DNA of 64,000 nt from Abditibacterium sp. (GCA_965246885.1 OZ251992.1:1056001-1120000); one strand, 5' to 3'; numbered from the stretch's first letter, positions 1 through 10,356 are shown. Notes: a model not told the origin generated them from the letters alone. Translations and numbers: made by a program.

Positions 1-1
1 C

Positions 2-1897
2 ACCGGCTTGGTGGAAGTGGGCGGGAGTCTGAGCGCGCCGCAGTTTTCGGGCGAGGTGCACTTGCAAAACGCGGCGTTTCAAACCGCGCCCAAAACGGTG
101 TCGTCGTTCGCGGTCGGGGTGCGTGGGTTGAGCGGCGCGCTGCGCTTTGTCGGGGGGAATCGCTTGGAGATTGCGCCCGATGCGCCCTTGTCCGGCGAAC
201 TGGTGGCGCCCGAAGCGGCGCCGACGCCACCCGCTAAAGGAACTGCCAAGGCCCGCGCCGTTGCGGCACCTGACAACGGCGCGTTTCGGGTGCGCGGCGC
301 GTTCAATGTGCGCGGCTCGATCGGGTTGGGGCAAACGGATTTGACCGCGCTTTCTGCCGACATCCCGGCGGCACTGGCGGCCAACACCTACGACCTGCGC
401 CTCGACCTCGCGCGGGCGCGCTTCGACTCACCCAGCGTGAGCGGCGTCCAAAACGCCGACTTTTCCGCGAGCTTTGCGACAACCAACGCCCAAGACCCGG
501 CGCACTCGCAAACGCTGCGCTGGATTGGCGCAGGGCAGGGCGTGAAACCGGAAAAGACGCTGGGTGAAGGCGAGATACTCACGCGCGGCGCCCTCCAATT
601 GCCGCCGGACTTCGCGTCGGGTTTTGCGGCCATCGCGCGCGCGACGCCGCTTGCATGGGTAAGCGGCAACCGCGATTTGCCCAACTCACTCGCCGCCGCG
701 CGCGCGAGCAACGCCGCTTTTGGCGACGCGCGTCCGCAACTGGTTTTTAAAGCATTCGGCGCCAAAGCGGTGGGCTACGGCGGCGGCGTGTTGGACGGCG
801 CCTTAGTGCTCGACAAGGCGCCCGCGCAAAACCGCGCTCCGGGTGCGGCGCGCTTGCAAACCATCTCCGGCTTCCCGTCGCTGCGCCCGTTGGAAGGCGA
901 AAGCGGCGCGCGCTTGTTCGGAGCGTGGCACGAAACGGCGACAGCGCTAACGGGCAAGGCGAGGGTGCGCGAGGTGCAAGACACGACCGAGGGCGGCGCC
1001 CCGGAGTTGCCCTTGCGCTTGGGGGGCAACTTACAAGTCTCGAACGCGCAAATCGTCGGCGGCGGAACGGGCGATGGGCCAGTGACGCGGCTCTCGCTTT
1101 TGCCCGACGCGCCGCGCTTGGACGTGCGCCTCGCGCTGGGAAGCGATGTGGAGTTGGTTAACTCGTCGCTACATGCGCGCTTGGGCGGGGACTTGGCGCT
1201 GTCGGGCGTGCCATCGAGTCCGCTTCTGCTGGGCACGGTCGAGGTGCTGGATGGGCAGGTGCGCTTTCCCAACTCGCGGGCGCGCATAGACGAAGGGCGA
1301 GTTTCCATCAATATGGCGCGCGACCCGGAAACCGACCTGCCGCGCACGCGCCTCGAAGTGGACGCGACCGCGCACGGGCAGGCGGGCCGCTACGCCGTGA
1401 CGCTCCATCTGCGCGGCCCGGTTCAACTGGACGCGCGCGGCGGGGGAGAAAACGTGAACTTTCATGTGGATGCCACGTCCAACCCGCCACTTTCGCAAGA
1501 TCAAGTGTTCGCGCAGTTGCTGGGCGTTATGCCCAGTGGATCCGGGAGTGCGGGAGTTGGCCCGACGAATCAGGCTTATGCGCAAGCGGTCTTGCAGGTC
1601 GTGTCGGCGCCGTTCTTTTCCGGCTTCGAGCGTGGCGTGGCGGAAGCGTTGGGCTTGTCGAGCGTATCGTTTGAATACCGCTTCAACGAGCCGCTTGCGT
1701 TTGAGTTCTCGAAAGCACTGGGCAACCGGGTGCTGGTGACGTATCGGCGCAGTTTGGGCGCGACCGCCACTTCCGACGGGCGCACGCCCTACCAACTGCG
1801 GTTGGACTACCGGCTCAAGGGGAACTTGTACGTGGGGGCGCAGCAAGATCAGCGCGGAGTGAGAACCCTGACTTTGGGGAAAAATTGGAGTTTTTAA
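2..1897 (+). CDS. tamB: Translocation/assembly module TamB-like protein (DUF490 region), 5'-truncated by the window edge
   Basis: Long Gly-rich beta-type ORF open from the window start; C-terminal 'S-NPPLSQDQVFAQLLG' and final aromatic 'NWSF' are typical of the TamB C-terminus. Confidence 0.7.
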   Translation, partial: TGLVEVGGSLSAPQFSGEVHLQNAAFQTAPKTVSSFAVGVRGLSGALRFVGGNRLEIAPDAPLSGELVAPEAAPTPPAKGTAKARAVAAPDNGAFRVRGAFNVRGSIGLGQTDLTALSADIPAALAANTYDLRLDLARARFDSPSVSGVQNADFSASFATTNAQDPAHSQTLRWIGAGQGVKPEKTLGEGEILTRGALQLPPDFASGFAAIARATPLAWVSGNRDLPNSLAAARASNAAFGDARPQLVFKAFGAKAVGYGGGVLDGALVLDKAPAQNRAPGAARLQTISGFPSLRPLEGESGARLFGAWHETATALTGKARVREVQDTTEGGAPELPLRLGGNLQVSNAQIVGGGTGDGPVTRLSLLPDAPRLDVRLALGSDVELVNSSLHARLGGDLALSGVPSSPLLLGTVEVLDGQVRFPNSRARIDEGRVSINMARDPETDLPRTRLEVDATAHGQAGRYAVTLHLRGPVQLDARGGGENVNFHVDATSNPPLSQDQVFAQLLGVMPSGSGSAGVGPTNQAYAQAVLQVVSAPFFSGFERGVAEALGLSSVSFEYRFNEPLAFEFSKALGNRVLVTYRRSLGATATSDGRTPYQLRLDYRLKGNLYVGAQQDQRGVRTLTLGKNWSF

Positions 1898-2020
1898 AGA
1901 AAAGCGGGCAAACTGTGGTTAGAGAACCCGCCCGGCGGGGAATAGTAAAGGGCGCCCGTTCGCGTTTTTCGCCGCAAGGCGTCAAACTGAGTGCAGAAAG
2001 AGTAGCACAAGGACTTAAAG

Positions 2021-2707
2021 TTGATGTTTTTCAATCGCTTCGCGCCCGCTAACCCCCCCGCCGACGAGCCGGACAAGCCCGGTCACGCCGAGTTTGAAGC
2101 CGTCGTAGCGCGCTATCACACCAAGGTCTTCCAGCTTGTCTACCGCTACACCGGCGACTACGAAGAAGCCGCCGACCTCACGCAGGACACCTTCGTGCGC
2201 GCGTTCAATGCGTGGGACGAGTTCCGGGGCGACTCGCAGGTCTACACGTGGCTGTATCGCATCGCGCTGAATCTTTGCCACAACCAACAAAAGCGCTTGC
2301 AGCGCCGCTACCGCATGGAACGCTGGTCGCTCGATCAAACCCCCGACGACGACTTCGACTCGCGCGGCCCCCTCGAAGTCGCCGATGAGCGCCCCTTGCC
2401 CTTGCAAAAGCTGGAAGGCGAGGAAGTGCGCCACCGTTTGCGCGAAGCCCTGATGGACTTGCCCGAAAACTACCGCGTCGTCATCGTCCTGCGCGACATC
2501 GAAGGCCTGACCTACGAAGAAATCGCCCGCGTGACCGACTCCACCCTCGAAGCCATCAAGTCGAGACTGTTCCGCGCCCGCCAAACCCTGCGCCGCTCGC
2601 TCGAACCCTACATGAACGGCGGCTTTGAACCCGTCCCCGACCACGTCGTCGCGGTCAAACCCAAACTCCCCCAAGCCCCCAAAGACGCGCTCCGCGCGCG
2701 ACGGTAA
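2021..2707 (+). CDS. ECF sigma-70 factor (RpoE-like)
   Basis: Region 2 'AADLTQDTFVRAF...YTWLYRIALN'; region 4 'LPENYRVVIVLRDIEGLTYEEIA...IKSRLFRAR'. Confidence 0.92.
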   Translation: MMFFNRFAPANPPADEPDKPGHAEFEAVVARYHTKVFQLVYRYTGDYEEAADLTQDTFVRAFNAWDEFRGDSQVYTWLYRIALNLCHNQQKRLQRRYRMERWSLDQTPDDDFDSRGPLEVADERPLPLQKLEGEEVRHRLREALMDLPENYRVVIVLRDIEGLTYEEIARVTDSTLEAIKSRLFRARQTLRRSLEPYMNGGFEPVPDHVVAVKPKLPQAPKDALRARR

Positions 2708-2715
2708 AGCCCTAA

Positions 2716-2745
2716 AACGCCCGCTTCCCTTTGGAGGCGGGCGTT
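2716..2745. terminator. Hairpin between convergent genes (probable bidirectional terminator)
   Basis: AACGCCCGC...GCGGGCGTT inverted repeat just after the ECF sigma stop. Confidence 0.6.
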
Positions 2746-2758
2746 CGATTTGTCGTGG

Positions 2759-3082
2759 TCAACCCCCAATTATGTCATCCACGTCCCAATCTTGCTCGAA
2801 GTCTCGCTCGCCGAAAATGCAATCCCATTCGAGCGGCAACTTCCACGACTCCCAACAGACAAGAACAAGGCAATCCATATCCTTAAGCGCCCAATCAGCC
2901 CCGAAGCCCTCTTCAACGAAGCCGCGAATGTTGCCTTCGATCTCATCCAGTGGCACGTCAACGGCGCCAGCGACTTCCGGGCCGCAGTAATGAACCAACC
3001 GGCAGCGCACAAAACGGTGTTGACGCGACCACTCGCGGAACTCTTGGAGCCGTTGCTCGGCTTTCGTTTGGGGATACATCAT
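2759..3082 (-). CDS. Hypothetical protein (107 aa)
   Basis: Starts 1 nt after the pheA stop on the same strand; acidic, Trp-rich globular-looking sequence. Confidence 0.6.
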   Translation of the reverse strand: MMYPQTKAEQRLQEFREWSRQHRFVRCRLVHYCGPEVAGAVDVPLDEIEGNIRGFVEEGFGADWALKDMDCLVLVCWESWKLPLEWDCIFGERDFEQDWDVDDIIGG

Positions 3083-3083
3083 G

Positions 3084-4196
3084 CTACGCTTCCGGGTAGG
3101 AACCCAGAATCTTGAACGAGACGGTGTGGGCGCGCAGTTCTTCCCACACGGCTTGGAGGCGGGCGTCGTTTTGGTGGCCGGACACGTCGGCGAAGAAGCG
3201 GTATTCCCATGCGGCTTGGCGCGACGGGCGGGATTGGATCATCGAAACGTTGACGCCCGCGCGCGCGAAGACGGCGAGGACTTCGGCCAAGGAACCGGGT
3301 TTGTGCGGCGTCAGGAAGGTGAGCGAGGTCTTGTCGTGGCCGCTTGGGGCGGGCGTTTTGTCCGATGTGGCGACGACGTAGAAGCGGGTTTTGTTGCCCG
3401 CGATGTCTTCGATGTTGCGCGCGGCGATTTGCAGGGCGTAGATGTCGGCGGCCAGAGCCGAGGAGATGGCGGCGGCGCCCGCTTCGCGCGCGGCCATTTC
3501 CGCGCCGCGCGCCGTCGAAGTGACGGGCACGAGTGCGGCGCCGGGGAGATGCGCGCCCAGCCAGCCCCGGCACTGTGCGATGCCTTGTTCGTGCGAGTAA
3601 ATGGTGGTGATGGCGCCCAGAGCGGCGTTGGAAACGAGGCAGTGGTGAATGGGCAGTTCGACTTCGGCGATGATGGACAAATTGGCGCCTGCGAGCAAGT
3701 CGAGGTTGGCGGGGACGAGGCCCTGAATGGAATTCTCGATGGCTATGACAGCGTAATCGGCGCCGCCCGACGCGACGGCGCGGCACGCTTCGTCGGGCGT
3801 GGCGCACGGCCAGCCTTCGACGGCGCTGCCGAAGAATTGGATGGCGGCTTCTTGCGTATTGGTTCCGGCGGGGCCGAGAAACGCGACGCGCACGGGGTGT
3901 TCGGCGGCGCGGCACGCGGAGATGATCTCGCGGAAGATGGCGGAAATGGCGGCAGGCGGGAGGTCGCCGCCCGCTTCGAGTTGCTTTTGGCGCAGGCGCT
4001 CGTAGATGAGCCTTTCGCGCGCGGGGTCGTGGAGCGGCCAGCCGTTGCGCTTCTTTATCTCGCCTACATGAAGGGCGCACTCGACGCGCTCTTGCAAGAG
4101 CGTCAAAAGCTGCGAATCGAGGGCGTCAATGCGCGCGCGCCACTCGCCCAGTTCATCGTTGGGCGCGGCGCCGGGGTTGTCTTGCGGGAAATTCAT
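3084..4196 (-). CDS. pheA: Bifunctional chorismate mutase / prephenate dehydratase
   Basis: CM 'RARIDALDSQLLTLLQER'; PDT 'VAFLGPAGT', 'IENSIQG', 'NKTRFYV'; ACT domain 'IQSRP'. Confidence 0.95.
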   Translation of the reverse strand: MNFPQDNPGAAPNDELGEWRARIDALDSQLLTLLQERVECALHVGEIKKRNGWPLHDPARERLIYERLRQKQLEAGGDLPPAAISAIFREIISACRAAEHPVRVAFLGPAGTNTQEAAIQFFGSAVEGWPCATPDEACRAVASGGADYAVIAIENSIQGLVPANLDLLAGANLSIIAEVELPIHHCLVSNAALGAITTIYSHEQGIAQCRGWLGAHLPGAALVPVTSTARGAEMAAREAGAAAISSALAADIYALQIAARNIEDIAGNKTRFYVVATSDKTPAPSGHDKTSLTFLTPHKPGSLAEVLAVFARAGVNVSMIQSRPSRQAAWEYRFFADVSGHQNDARLQAVWEELRAHTVSFKILGSYPEA

Positions 4197-4259
4197 ACCC
4201 CAGAATTTACCGCAAGCGAGCGACTTTCTCCCAAATGCCCCATCCTATAAGGCACGATT

Positions 4260-5078
4260 ATGGTTCGACCCGCCGATTTGGAACCCATCCAAGGCCGCAT
4301 GAAGGAGATTCCGGCCAATCTCGTCGTCAAATGCCCCGGTTGCGGCACGATGCTCGTCACCAAGGATTACGTGCGCGATTTGCGCGTGTGCGCGCGCTGT
4401 GGCCACAACGGGCGCTTGAGTGCGCGCGAGCGCATTGACCTTTTGGTCGAAGACTTCGCCGAGTGGGACGCCGGACTTGCGCCGCGCGACCCGCTCGCTT
4501 TTCCCGAATACTCCGCCAAAATGGGTGGCGCGCAACTCAAGACGGGCGCCCACGATTCCTTGCTGTCGGGCGTCGGCGACTTAAGCGGGCGCGCGGTCGC
4601 CCTCGCCGCCAGCGACTTCGGCTTCATGGGCGGCTCGATGGGCAGCGTTTTCGGCGAAAGATTAACCCGCCTCTTCGAGCGTGCCCTCAAAGAGCGGCTC
4701 CCCGTCATCACCGCCACCTCGACGGGCGGCGCGCGGATGCAAGAAGGCTTGCTCAGCCTGATGCAAATGCCCAAAACCAGCGCCGCCGTTGGACGCCTGC
4801 GCGCGGCGGGCTTGCCGTTTCTGTCCCTGCTCACCGACCCTTCGACCGGCGGCGTGCAAGCCTCCTTCGCCTCCTTAGGCGACCTGCTCATCGCCGAACC
4901 GGGCGCGCTGATTGGCTTCACCGGCGCCCGCATCATCGAGCAAAACTTCCGCGTCAAACTGCCCCGCGACTTCCAAACCGCCGAGTTCCAACTGGCGCAC
5001 GGACAAATAGACCTGATCATCCCGCGCGCCAAACTCAAGGAGGAATTGGGGGTGATTCTGGGGTTGTTGATGGGTTAG
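4260..5078 (+). CDS. accD: Acetyl-CoA carboxylase carboxyltransferase beta subunit
   Basis: Zn finger CPGC/CARC, 'FMGGSMGS', 'GGARMQEG', 'IGFTGAR'. Confidence 0.95.
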   Translation: MVRPADLEPIQGRMKEIPANLVVKCPGCGTMLVTKDYVRDLRVCARCGHNGRLSARERIDLLVEDFAEWDAGLAPRDPLAFPEYSAKMGGAQLKTGAHDSLLSGVGDLSGRAVALAASDFGFMGGSMGSVFGERLTRLFERALKERLPVITATSTGGARMQEGLLSLMQMPKTSAAVGRLRAAGLPFLSLLTDPSTGGVQASFASLGDLLIAEPGALIGFTGARIIEQNFRVKLPRDFQTAEFQLAHGQIDLIIPRAKLKEELGVILGLLMG

Positions 5079-5095
5079 AAAATTCAGGTTGCCCA

Positions 5096-5237
5096 GTGCC
5101 CCATCTATGCCCCGGCGACTGAAGTCGCGGGCAACTCACAGCGCAACCTCCCTGCGGAGGCTGGAAACGCAGTCGGCGCAGGCCGACTTCGCTGTGAGTT
5201 GCCCGCGACTTCAGTCGCCGGGGCATAGATGGGGCAC
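5096..5237. repeat. REP-like palindromic element, GCGACTGAAGTCGC family (perfect 48-bp arms)
   Basis: 5096-5143 is the exact reverse complement of 5190-5237; two small internal hairpins. Confidence 0.9.
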
Positions 5238-5262
5238 AAAGCATAAGACTAAAATTAAATTC

Positions 5263-6276
5263 ATGCTTTCCAGTCGGCTTCCTTTTGAAAAACCACTTGT
5301 CGAGATCGAAGAACAGTTGGACGAGATCAAGCGTCTGGCCACGTCGGACGGCATTGACGCCCCCGCGCGGCAAAAACTGATGGACAACATCGAGCGGCTC
5401 GAAACGCACAAGCGCGAAGTGATGCGCCGCGTGTATGGCAATCTTAGCCCTTGGGACAAGGTGCAAATGGCGCGGCATCCCAAGCGGCCCTATTCGCTCG
5501 ATTACATCGGCGCGCTTTGCACCGACTGGGTCGAGTTGCACGGCGATCGCGCCGGGAGTGACGACGGCGCTGTTGTCGCGGGGTTCGCGCGCTTTCGCGG
5601 GCGCGCCGTTGCCGTCGTGGGCAACCAAAAGGGCCGCGACACCAAGGAACGCCAAGCGCGCAACTTCGGCCAACCCTCGCCCGAAGGTCTGCGCAAAGCG
5701 GGCCGCGTCATGGAAATGGCGGCGCGTTTCGGGCGGCCCATCCTCAGCTTCGTGGACACCCCCGGTGCCGCGTGTTCGCCCGCCGCCGAAGAGCATGGCA
5801 TCAGCGAAGCCATCGCGCAATCGCAAATGCTGATGAGCGCCCTCGAAGTCCCCGTTCTCGTCGCCATTATCGGTGAAGGCTGCTCCGGCGGAGCTATCGC
5901 AACCGCGCTGGGCGACCGCGTTTTGATGCTTGAACACGCTTACTATTCGGTCATTTCGCCCGAAGGCTGCGCGTCCATCCTGTTCCGTGACCCCGCCAAA
6001 GCGCCTCAAGCAAGCGAGCAACTCAAACTCACCGCGCAAGACGCCCTCCGCTTCGGCGTCGTCGAAGAAATCGTCCCCGAACCCTTGGGCGGCGCGCACC
6101 GCGACCTCGCCTCCATGAGCCAAACCCTCGGCAATGCCTTTGAACGGCACCTCCATGAGTTGGATAAACTCAGCGGCGCTGAGTTGGTCGAGGCCCGCTA
6201 CGCGCGCTTCCGCAAATTGGGCGACTACGAGGAAACCATCGCCGCCTTGAAGCCGGAATTGAACGGGCACGCTTGA
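5263..6276 (+). CDS. accA: Acetyl-CoA carboxylase carboxyltransferase alpha subunit
   Basis: 'LPFEKPL', 'ARHPKRP', 'ELHGDR', 'VDTPGA', 'YSVISPEGCASIL'; start moved to ATG 5263 because the upstream ORF extension lies in the repeat. Confidence 0.95.
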   Translation: MLSSRLPFEKPLVEIEEQLDEIKRLATSDGIDAPARQKLMDNIERLETHKREVMRRVYGNLSPWDKVQMARHPKRPYSLDYIGALCTDWVELHGDRAGSDDGAVVAGFARFRGRAVAVVGNQKGRDTKERQARNFGQPSPEGLRKAGRVMEMAARFGRPILSFVDTPGAACSPAAEEHGISEAIAQSQMLMSALEVPVLVAIIGEGCSGGAIATALGDRVLMLEHAYYSVISPEGCASILFRDPAKAPQASEQLKLTAQDALRFGVVEEIVPEPLGGAHRDLASMSQTLGNAFERHLHELDKLSGAELVEARYARFRKLGDYEETIAALKPELNGHA

Positions 6277-6285
6277 AACTTGCGG

Positions 6286-6390
6286 AGCGACTAAAGTCGC
6301 AGCCAGCGAGAGCGTTGGCCTTTGCCGACGTATTAGCTGGAATCCCGTCGGCGAAGGCCGACGCTCTCGCTGGCTGCGACTTTAGTCGCT
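6286..6390. repeat. REP-like palindromic element, GCGACT(A/G)AAGTCGC family
   Basis: AGCGACTAAAGTCGCAGCCAGCGAGAGCGT...ACGCTCTCGCTGGCTGCGACTTTAGTCGCT. Confidence 0.9.
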
Positions 6391-6394
6391 TGTT

Positions 6395-7159
6395 ATGCAG
6401 TTCGCCCTCCTCGCCAACATCCCCGGTTTCCACCACGCCATTTCTACGCGGCACGGCGGCGTTTCAGAAGGCGAGTTCGCCTCGCTCAACCTCGCCTATC
6501 ACGTCGGCGACGCCCCCGAACTGGTGGCGCGCAACCTCGCGCTGTGGGCGCGCGAGGCCGGTTTCTCTTCCGTGAACATCGTGGGCGCGCAACAAGTGCA
6601 CGGCGACCACGTGCGCGTCGTGACGCGCGACGACATTGGACGCGGGCATTTTGAAGGCTTGCCCGCTTGTGATGCGCTCGTCACTGCCGAAGAGGATGTG
6701 CCCCTCTTGATTCTCGTCGCCGACTGCGCGCCCGTTCTGCTCGTTGACCCGGTTGGGCGGGCGTGCGCCGTCGTTCATGCCGGTTGGCGCGGCGCTTTAG
6801 CGGGCATTGCGGGCAAGACGCTGGCGGTGATGCAGCAACACTGGGGCACGGAGCCAAGCGAGGTGTTGGCGGCGATTGGGCCGTGCTTAAATGTGGCGAA
6901 CTTGGAGGTCGGCGAGGAAGTCGCGGCTCAGGTCGAGGCCGTTCATCCGCCCGCCGTCGTGCGCGACGGGTGGGAGTTGCCGCACCTCGATTTGCGCGCG
7001 CTCATCGTGGCGGACTTGATAGGCCGGGGAGTCGCGGCGCAGGCCCTCGAAGTGTCGTCATTGTGCCCGCGCGAACGGAACGACCTGTTTTTTTCGCATC
7101 GCGGCCAGAATGGGCGGGCGGGGCGTTTCGGCTTGGTCGCATGGTGGGCGAAACAATGA
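6395..7159 (+). CDS. pgeF: Peptidoglycan editing factor / laccase-domain purine nucleoside phosphorylase (YfiH family)
   Basis: 'STRHGGVS', 'QVHG', 'ADCAPVLL', 'HAGWRG', 'FFSHR'. Confidence 0.92.
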   Translation: MQFALLANIPGFHHAISTRHGGVSEGEFASLNLAYHVGDAPELVARNLALWAREAGFSSVNIVGAQQVHGDHVRVVTRDDIGRGHFEGLPACDALVTAEEDVPLLILVADCAPVLLVDPVGRACAVVHAGWRGALAGIAGKTLAVMQQHWGTEPSEVLAAIGPCLNVANLEVGEEVAAQVEAVHPPAVVRDGWELPHLDLRALIVADLIGRGVAAQALEVSSLCPRERNDLFFSHRGQNGRAGRFGLVAWWAKQ

Positions 7160-7325
7160 GAGACGTCCGCCGAGCGATGGCAGACGTCTGGGAATGAGTG
7201 ACAGATGTCTGGGAATGAGTGGCAGACGCCCGTCGCCGCTCCGCCGCCATACATTTCCCGGCGCGGGAGGGCGGTGAGAGGATGACGGACGTCCGTCGCG
7301 CGGCGGCAGACGGCAAACTGGGAAG
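7156..7325. repeat. Degenerate 21-bp tandem repeat cluster
   Basis: GCAGACGTCTGGGAATGAGTG / ACAGATGTCTGGGAATGAGTG and related GACGTCCG units. Confidence 0.65.
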
Positions 7326-8266
7326 TGCTCGTGTCCCGCTTCTCCCGAATTGCGCGCGCTTCGGCCCGCGCGCTATTGCCCATTGCTGGCCCGCTTTGGG
7401 TGCGCCACGCCGATGACATGGCGGCCCTTGGCCACACCTTCCCCACCCTCTTATGGCCGCGCCCAAACGAGCGCGTGTGGGTGTTGGCCCCGCACCCGGA
7501 TGACGAATCGCTCGGATGCGCCGGGTTGCTCGCGCGCTGTGCGTCGTTGGGCGTTCCGGCGAAGGTGGTCTTCCTGACCGGCGGCGACGGCACACGGACA
7601 ACGCAACTGGCGATGCAGCTCAGTCCGCGCTTTGGCGGGCCATACGACCTGCTTTCCATTGCGCGCGAGCGGCAACGCGAAGCCGGGAGCGCGGCGCGCG
7701 AATTGGGCCTAAGCGCCGACAATCTGGAGTTTCTGGGCTTCCCCGACGGCGGGATGCGCGCGATTTGGCGCGAGGGTTTCTCGCCGCGCGCGCCGTTTGT
7801 CTCGCCCTTCACGGCCAAGATGCGCGTGCCGTATGCGAACGCCCGCTCGCCGCGCGCACCGTTTTGCCGGGACAGTGTGCTGGGCGACTTGGCCGCGTCG
7901 CTGACCGAGTTTCGCCCGACGCTTGTGCTCACCACGCCCGCTTTCGACACCCACCGCGACCATGCGGCGGCGCCGCTCTTTGTCCGGCGCGCGCTCCAAA
8001 TGGCGCACCTCGAACACGCGCCGGAGTTCTGGACGTTCCTCATTCACGAGGGCATCTGGCCCGTTCCTAACGGCCTTCATCCCGACCTGCCGCTCGCTCC
8101 ACCCGCGCATCTGCTCGGCAAGGCTTGGGCGTCGCTGCCGCTCACGCCGGAAGAGGTCGCCGCCAAACGTCGCGCTATCGCCTGCCACGCGACCCAAATG
8201 GCGTCCGTGCCGCGCTATTTGCAGGCTTTCGCAAGGCGCAACGAACTGTTTTGCCCATCCGTCTGA
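7325..8266 (+). CDS. PIG-L / LmbE family deacetylase
   Basis: 'APHPDDE', 'LTGGD', 'R-REA', 'GFPDG', 'DTHRDH', 'HATQ'. Confidence 0.85.
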   Translation: MLVSRFSRIARASARALLPIAGPLWVRHADDMAALGHTFPTLLWPRPNERVWVLAPHPDDESLGCAGLLARCASLGVPAKVVFLTGGDGTRTTQLAMQLSPRFGGPYDLLSIARERQREAGSAARELGLSADNLEFLGFPDGGMRAIWREGFSPRAPFVSPFTAKMRVPYANARSPRAPFCRDSVLGDLAASLTEFRPTLVLTTPAFDTHRDHAAAPLFVRRALQMAHLEHAPEFWTFLIHEGIWPVPNGLHPDLPLAPPAHLLGKAWASLPLTPEEVAAKRRAIACHATQMASVPRYLQAFARRNELFCPSV

Positions 8267-8275
8267 GTATCCGCC

Positions 8276-9229
8276 ATGAAACCGCTCCTGCTCCTCTCCG
8301 CCGTCCTCGCCGCGCCCGCCCTCGCCCAAACACCCGCGCCCTCAGTTACTCCAGCACCGGCCAAGTTCGACTGGAAACTGCGGCTAACCAAGGGGCAAAC
8401 GTGGACGCAGACGGTTGTTTCGCACATCCACACCACCTCGACCACGCCGGTGGGCCAAAGCGGGAAGGACGTCACCAAGACCGAGATAAACATCGTCCAG
8501 ACCATTGCCATGAAAAGCGAGGTGCTGGACGCGACGCCCGACCTGTATACGACGCGCCTGACTTACACGCGCTTTTCCATGAAGAACGACGTTCGCGTTA
8601 ACGGCAAAGCTCTTCCTCTGCCCGGCTCGCCTGAAGTGGCGCGTTTCTTCGAGGGCGCGTCCTTCACGCTCAAGCAAACACCCGATGGCCGCGTGGTGGA
8701 CGTCCTTGGCTTGGAGGACATGGTGGCCCGCCAAAAGAAGCTGATGGCCTTGGTGACCAAAAGGGCGACGCACCCCGGCCCATTCGTGGACTATACGCCC
8801 TCGGCGGGGGATTTGCGCCAAAGCATGATTCAAAGCCAAAGCCTAAAACTCCCCACTTCCGCGCTTGGCATCGGCGAAAGTTACAGCTACTCCTACGCGC
8901 TGCCTTCGCTTCCGCTTGTGTCCTCGGCACAAGCGAGCGGCAAACGCACGTTGCTCTCGTTTGATAGAAAAAGCGCCGTAATAGACGAGAAGGGCGCTTT
9001 TAGCGTATATACGACCGCGCCGCAGAACGCGAGTAAAATGAAATCTTACGCGGCGATGACGGCCAAAGTTTCCGGCTCGTCCACCGTCCAAGCGGCAAGC
9101 GGCATCGTCCAAAGTAGCCAACTGAGCACGCGCATTACGGGCGAAGTCACCGTCGTTGACCCGGCGGGCAAACGCACGACCACACCCATAAATGTCACGA
9201 CGGACACGACGCTTTCAACGCGGTTCTGA
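8276..9229 (+). CDS. Secreted hypothetical protein (DUF6263-like beta-rich)
   Basis: Signal peptide 'MKPLLLLSAVLAAPALA'; Thr/Ser/Lys-rich beta pattern. Confidence 0.7.
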   Translation: MKPLLLLSAVLAAPALAQTPAPSVTPAPAKFDWKLRLTKGQTWTQTVVSHIHTTSTTPVGQSGKDVTKTEINIVQTIAMKSEVLDATPDLYTTRLTYTRFSMKNDVRVNGKALPLPGSPEVARFFEGASFTLKQTPDGRVVDVLGLEDMVARQKKLMALVTKRATHPGPFVDYTPSAGDLRQSMIQSQSLKLPTSALGIGESYSYSYALPSLPLVSSAQASGKRTLLSFDRKSAVIDEKGAFSVYTTAPQNASKMKSYAAMTAKVSGSSTVQAASGIVQSSQLSTRITGEVTVVDPAGKRTTTPINVTTDTTLSTRF

Positions 9230-9254
9230 GCCGTCATGTTAAACCCAATGGGCC

Positions 9255-10356
9255 ATGTTGGAAACACAAACAGAAAGCCTCCGACGCATCCGGGACGGAT
9301 TGCGGGCTAAGGGTGAGAGTCTTTGACTTGCCTCAACGACTCTCGAAATACGCTGAATTAGAAACCGAGTCCGAGCGCCCCGACCTGTGGGACGACCCGC
9401 CGCACGCCCAATCGGTGATGCAGGAAATGGCGGCGACGCGCGCGTACGTCGAGCCGTTCCAGAGCCTCGATAAGCGCGCCGCCGACCTGTTGGAACTGAT
9501 CGAACTCGCTCAGATGGAGGACGACGCGGAACTTGCACAGGAAATAGACCGCGAACTGCCGCGCTTGGAGGGCGACTACCGTGCTTTCGAGCGCACTCTG
9601 CTTTTTGCCGGGGAATACGATAACTCGAACGCCATCTTTTCGCTGAACGCCGGGGCCGGGGGCACGGAAGCGCAGGACTGGGCGCAAATGCTCGTGCGCG
9701 CCTATCTGCGCTGGGCGCAGAGGCACAAGTTTACCGTCGAAATCATGGAGGAGCAAGCGGGTGATGAGGCGGGAATCAAGGGTTTCTCCGCAATTATCAA
9801 AGGCGAGAACGCTTACGGCTTTTGCAAGTCGGAAGCGGGCGTGCATCGTTTGGTGCGCATATCGCCGTTTAACTCGCAAGGGAAAAGGATGACCAGCTTC
9901 GCGTCGGTAGATGTGGTGCCAGAGATTCCCGATAACATCGAAATCGAGGTCAGTCCCAAGGACATCCGGCTCGACTACTTCCTGTCAGGCGGCGCGGGCG
10001 GGCAAAACGTGCAAAAGAACGAGACGGCGGTGCGCATTACCCACCTCCCGACGGGCATTGTGACGCAGTGCCAGAACGAGCGCTCGCAACTCCAAAACCG
10101 CGAGGTGGCGATGAAAGTTCTTAAGTCAAAGCTGTTTGAAATCGAGTGGCGCAAGCGACAAGAGCACATCACCAGTTTGCGCGGGGAAGTCAAATCCGGC
10201 GAGTGGGGCAACCAGATTCGGTCTTATGTGTTCCAGCCGTATCAGCAGGTGAAAGACCTGCGCTCCGGCTTTGAAACCAGCGACGTTTCGGGCGTGATGG
10301 ACGGAGATTTTGACCCGCTCGTGTACTCCGTTTTGGAGCACAACGTGGGGGCGTAG
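9255..10356 (+). CDS. prfB: Peptide chain release factor 2, translated via a programmed +1 frameshift at 9321-9327
   Basis: 23-codon first frame from ATG 9255 ends in CTT TGA C; second frame carries SPF ('RISPF'), GGQ and 'WGNQIRSY'. Confidence 0.95.
9310..9327 (+). promoter_or_regulatory. RF2 programmed ribosomal frameshift cassette
   Basis: AGGGTGAG-AGT-CTT-TGA-C. Confidence 0.9.

Noticed and set aside
3081..4250. Long antisense or alternate-frame ORFs (for example 3081-4250 +, 5035-6270 -, 40021-41529 -, 57394-58653 -)
   Set aside because: Shadow ORFs of well-supported genes in high-GC DNA, with no recognisable motifs.
5089..5262. N-terminal extensions of accA (also ftsK 30468, ABC-F 36698, scpB 57404, AraC 58060, YjbQ 59040)
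   Set aside because: These extensions read through repeat elements; family similarity begins at downstream start codons.
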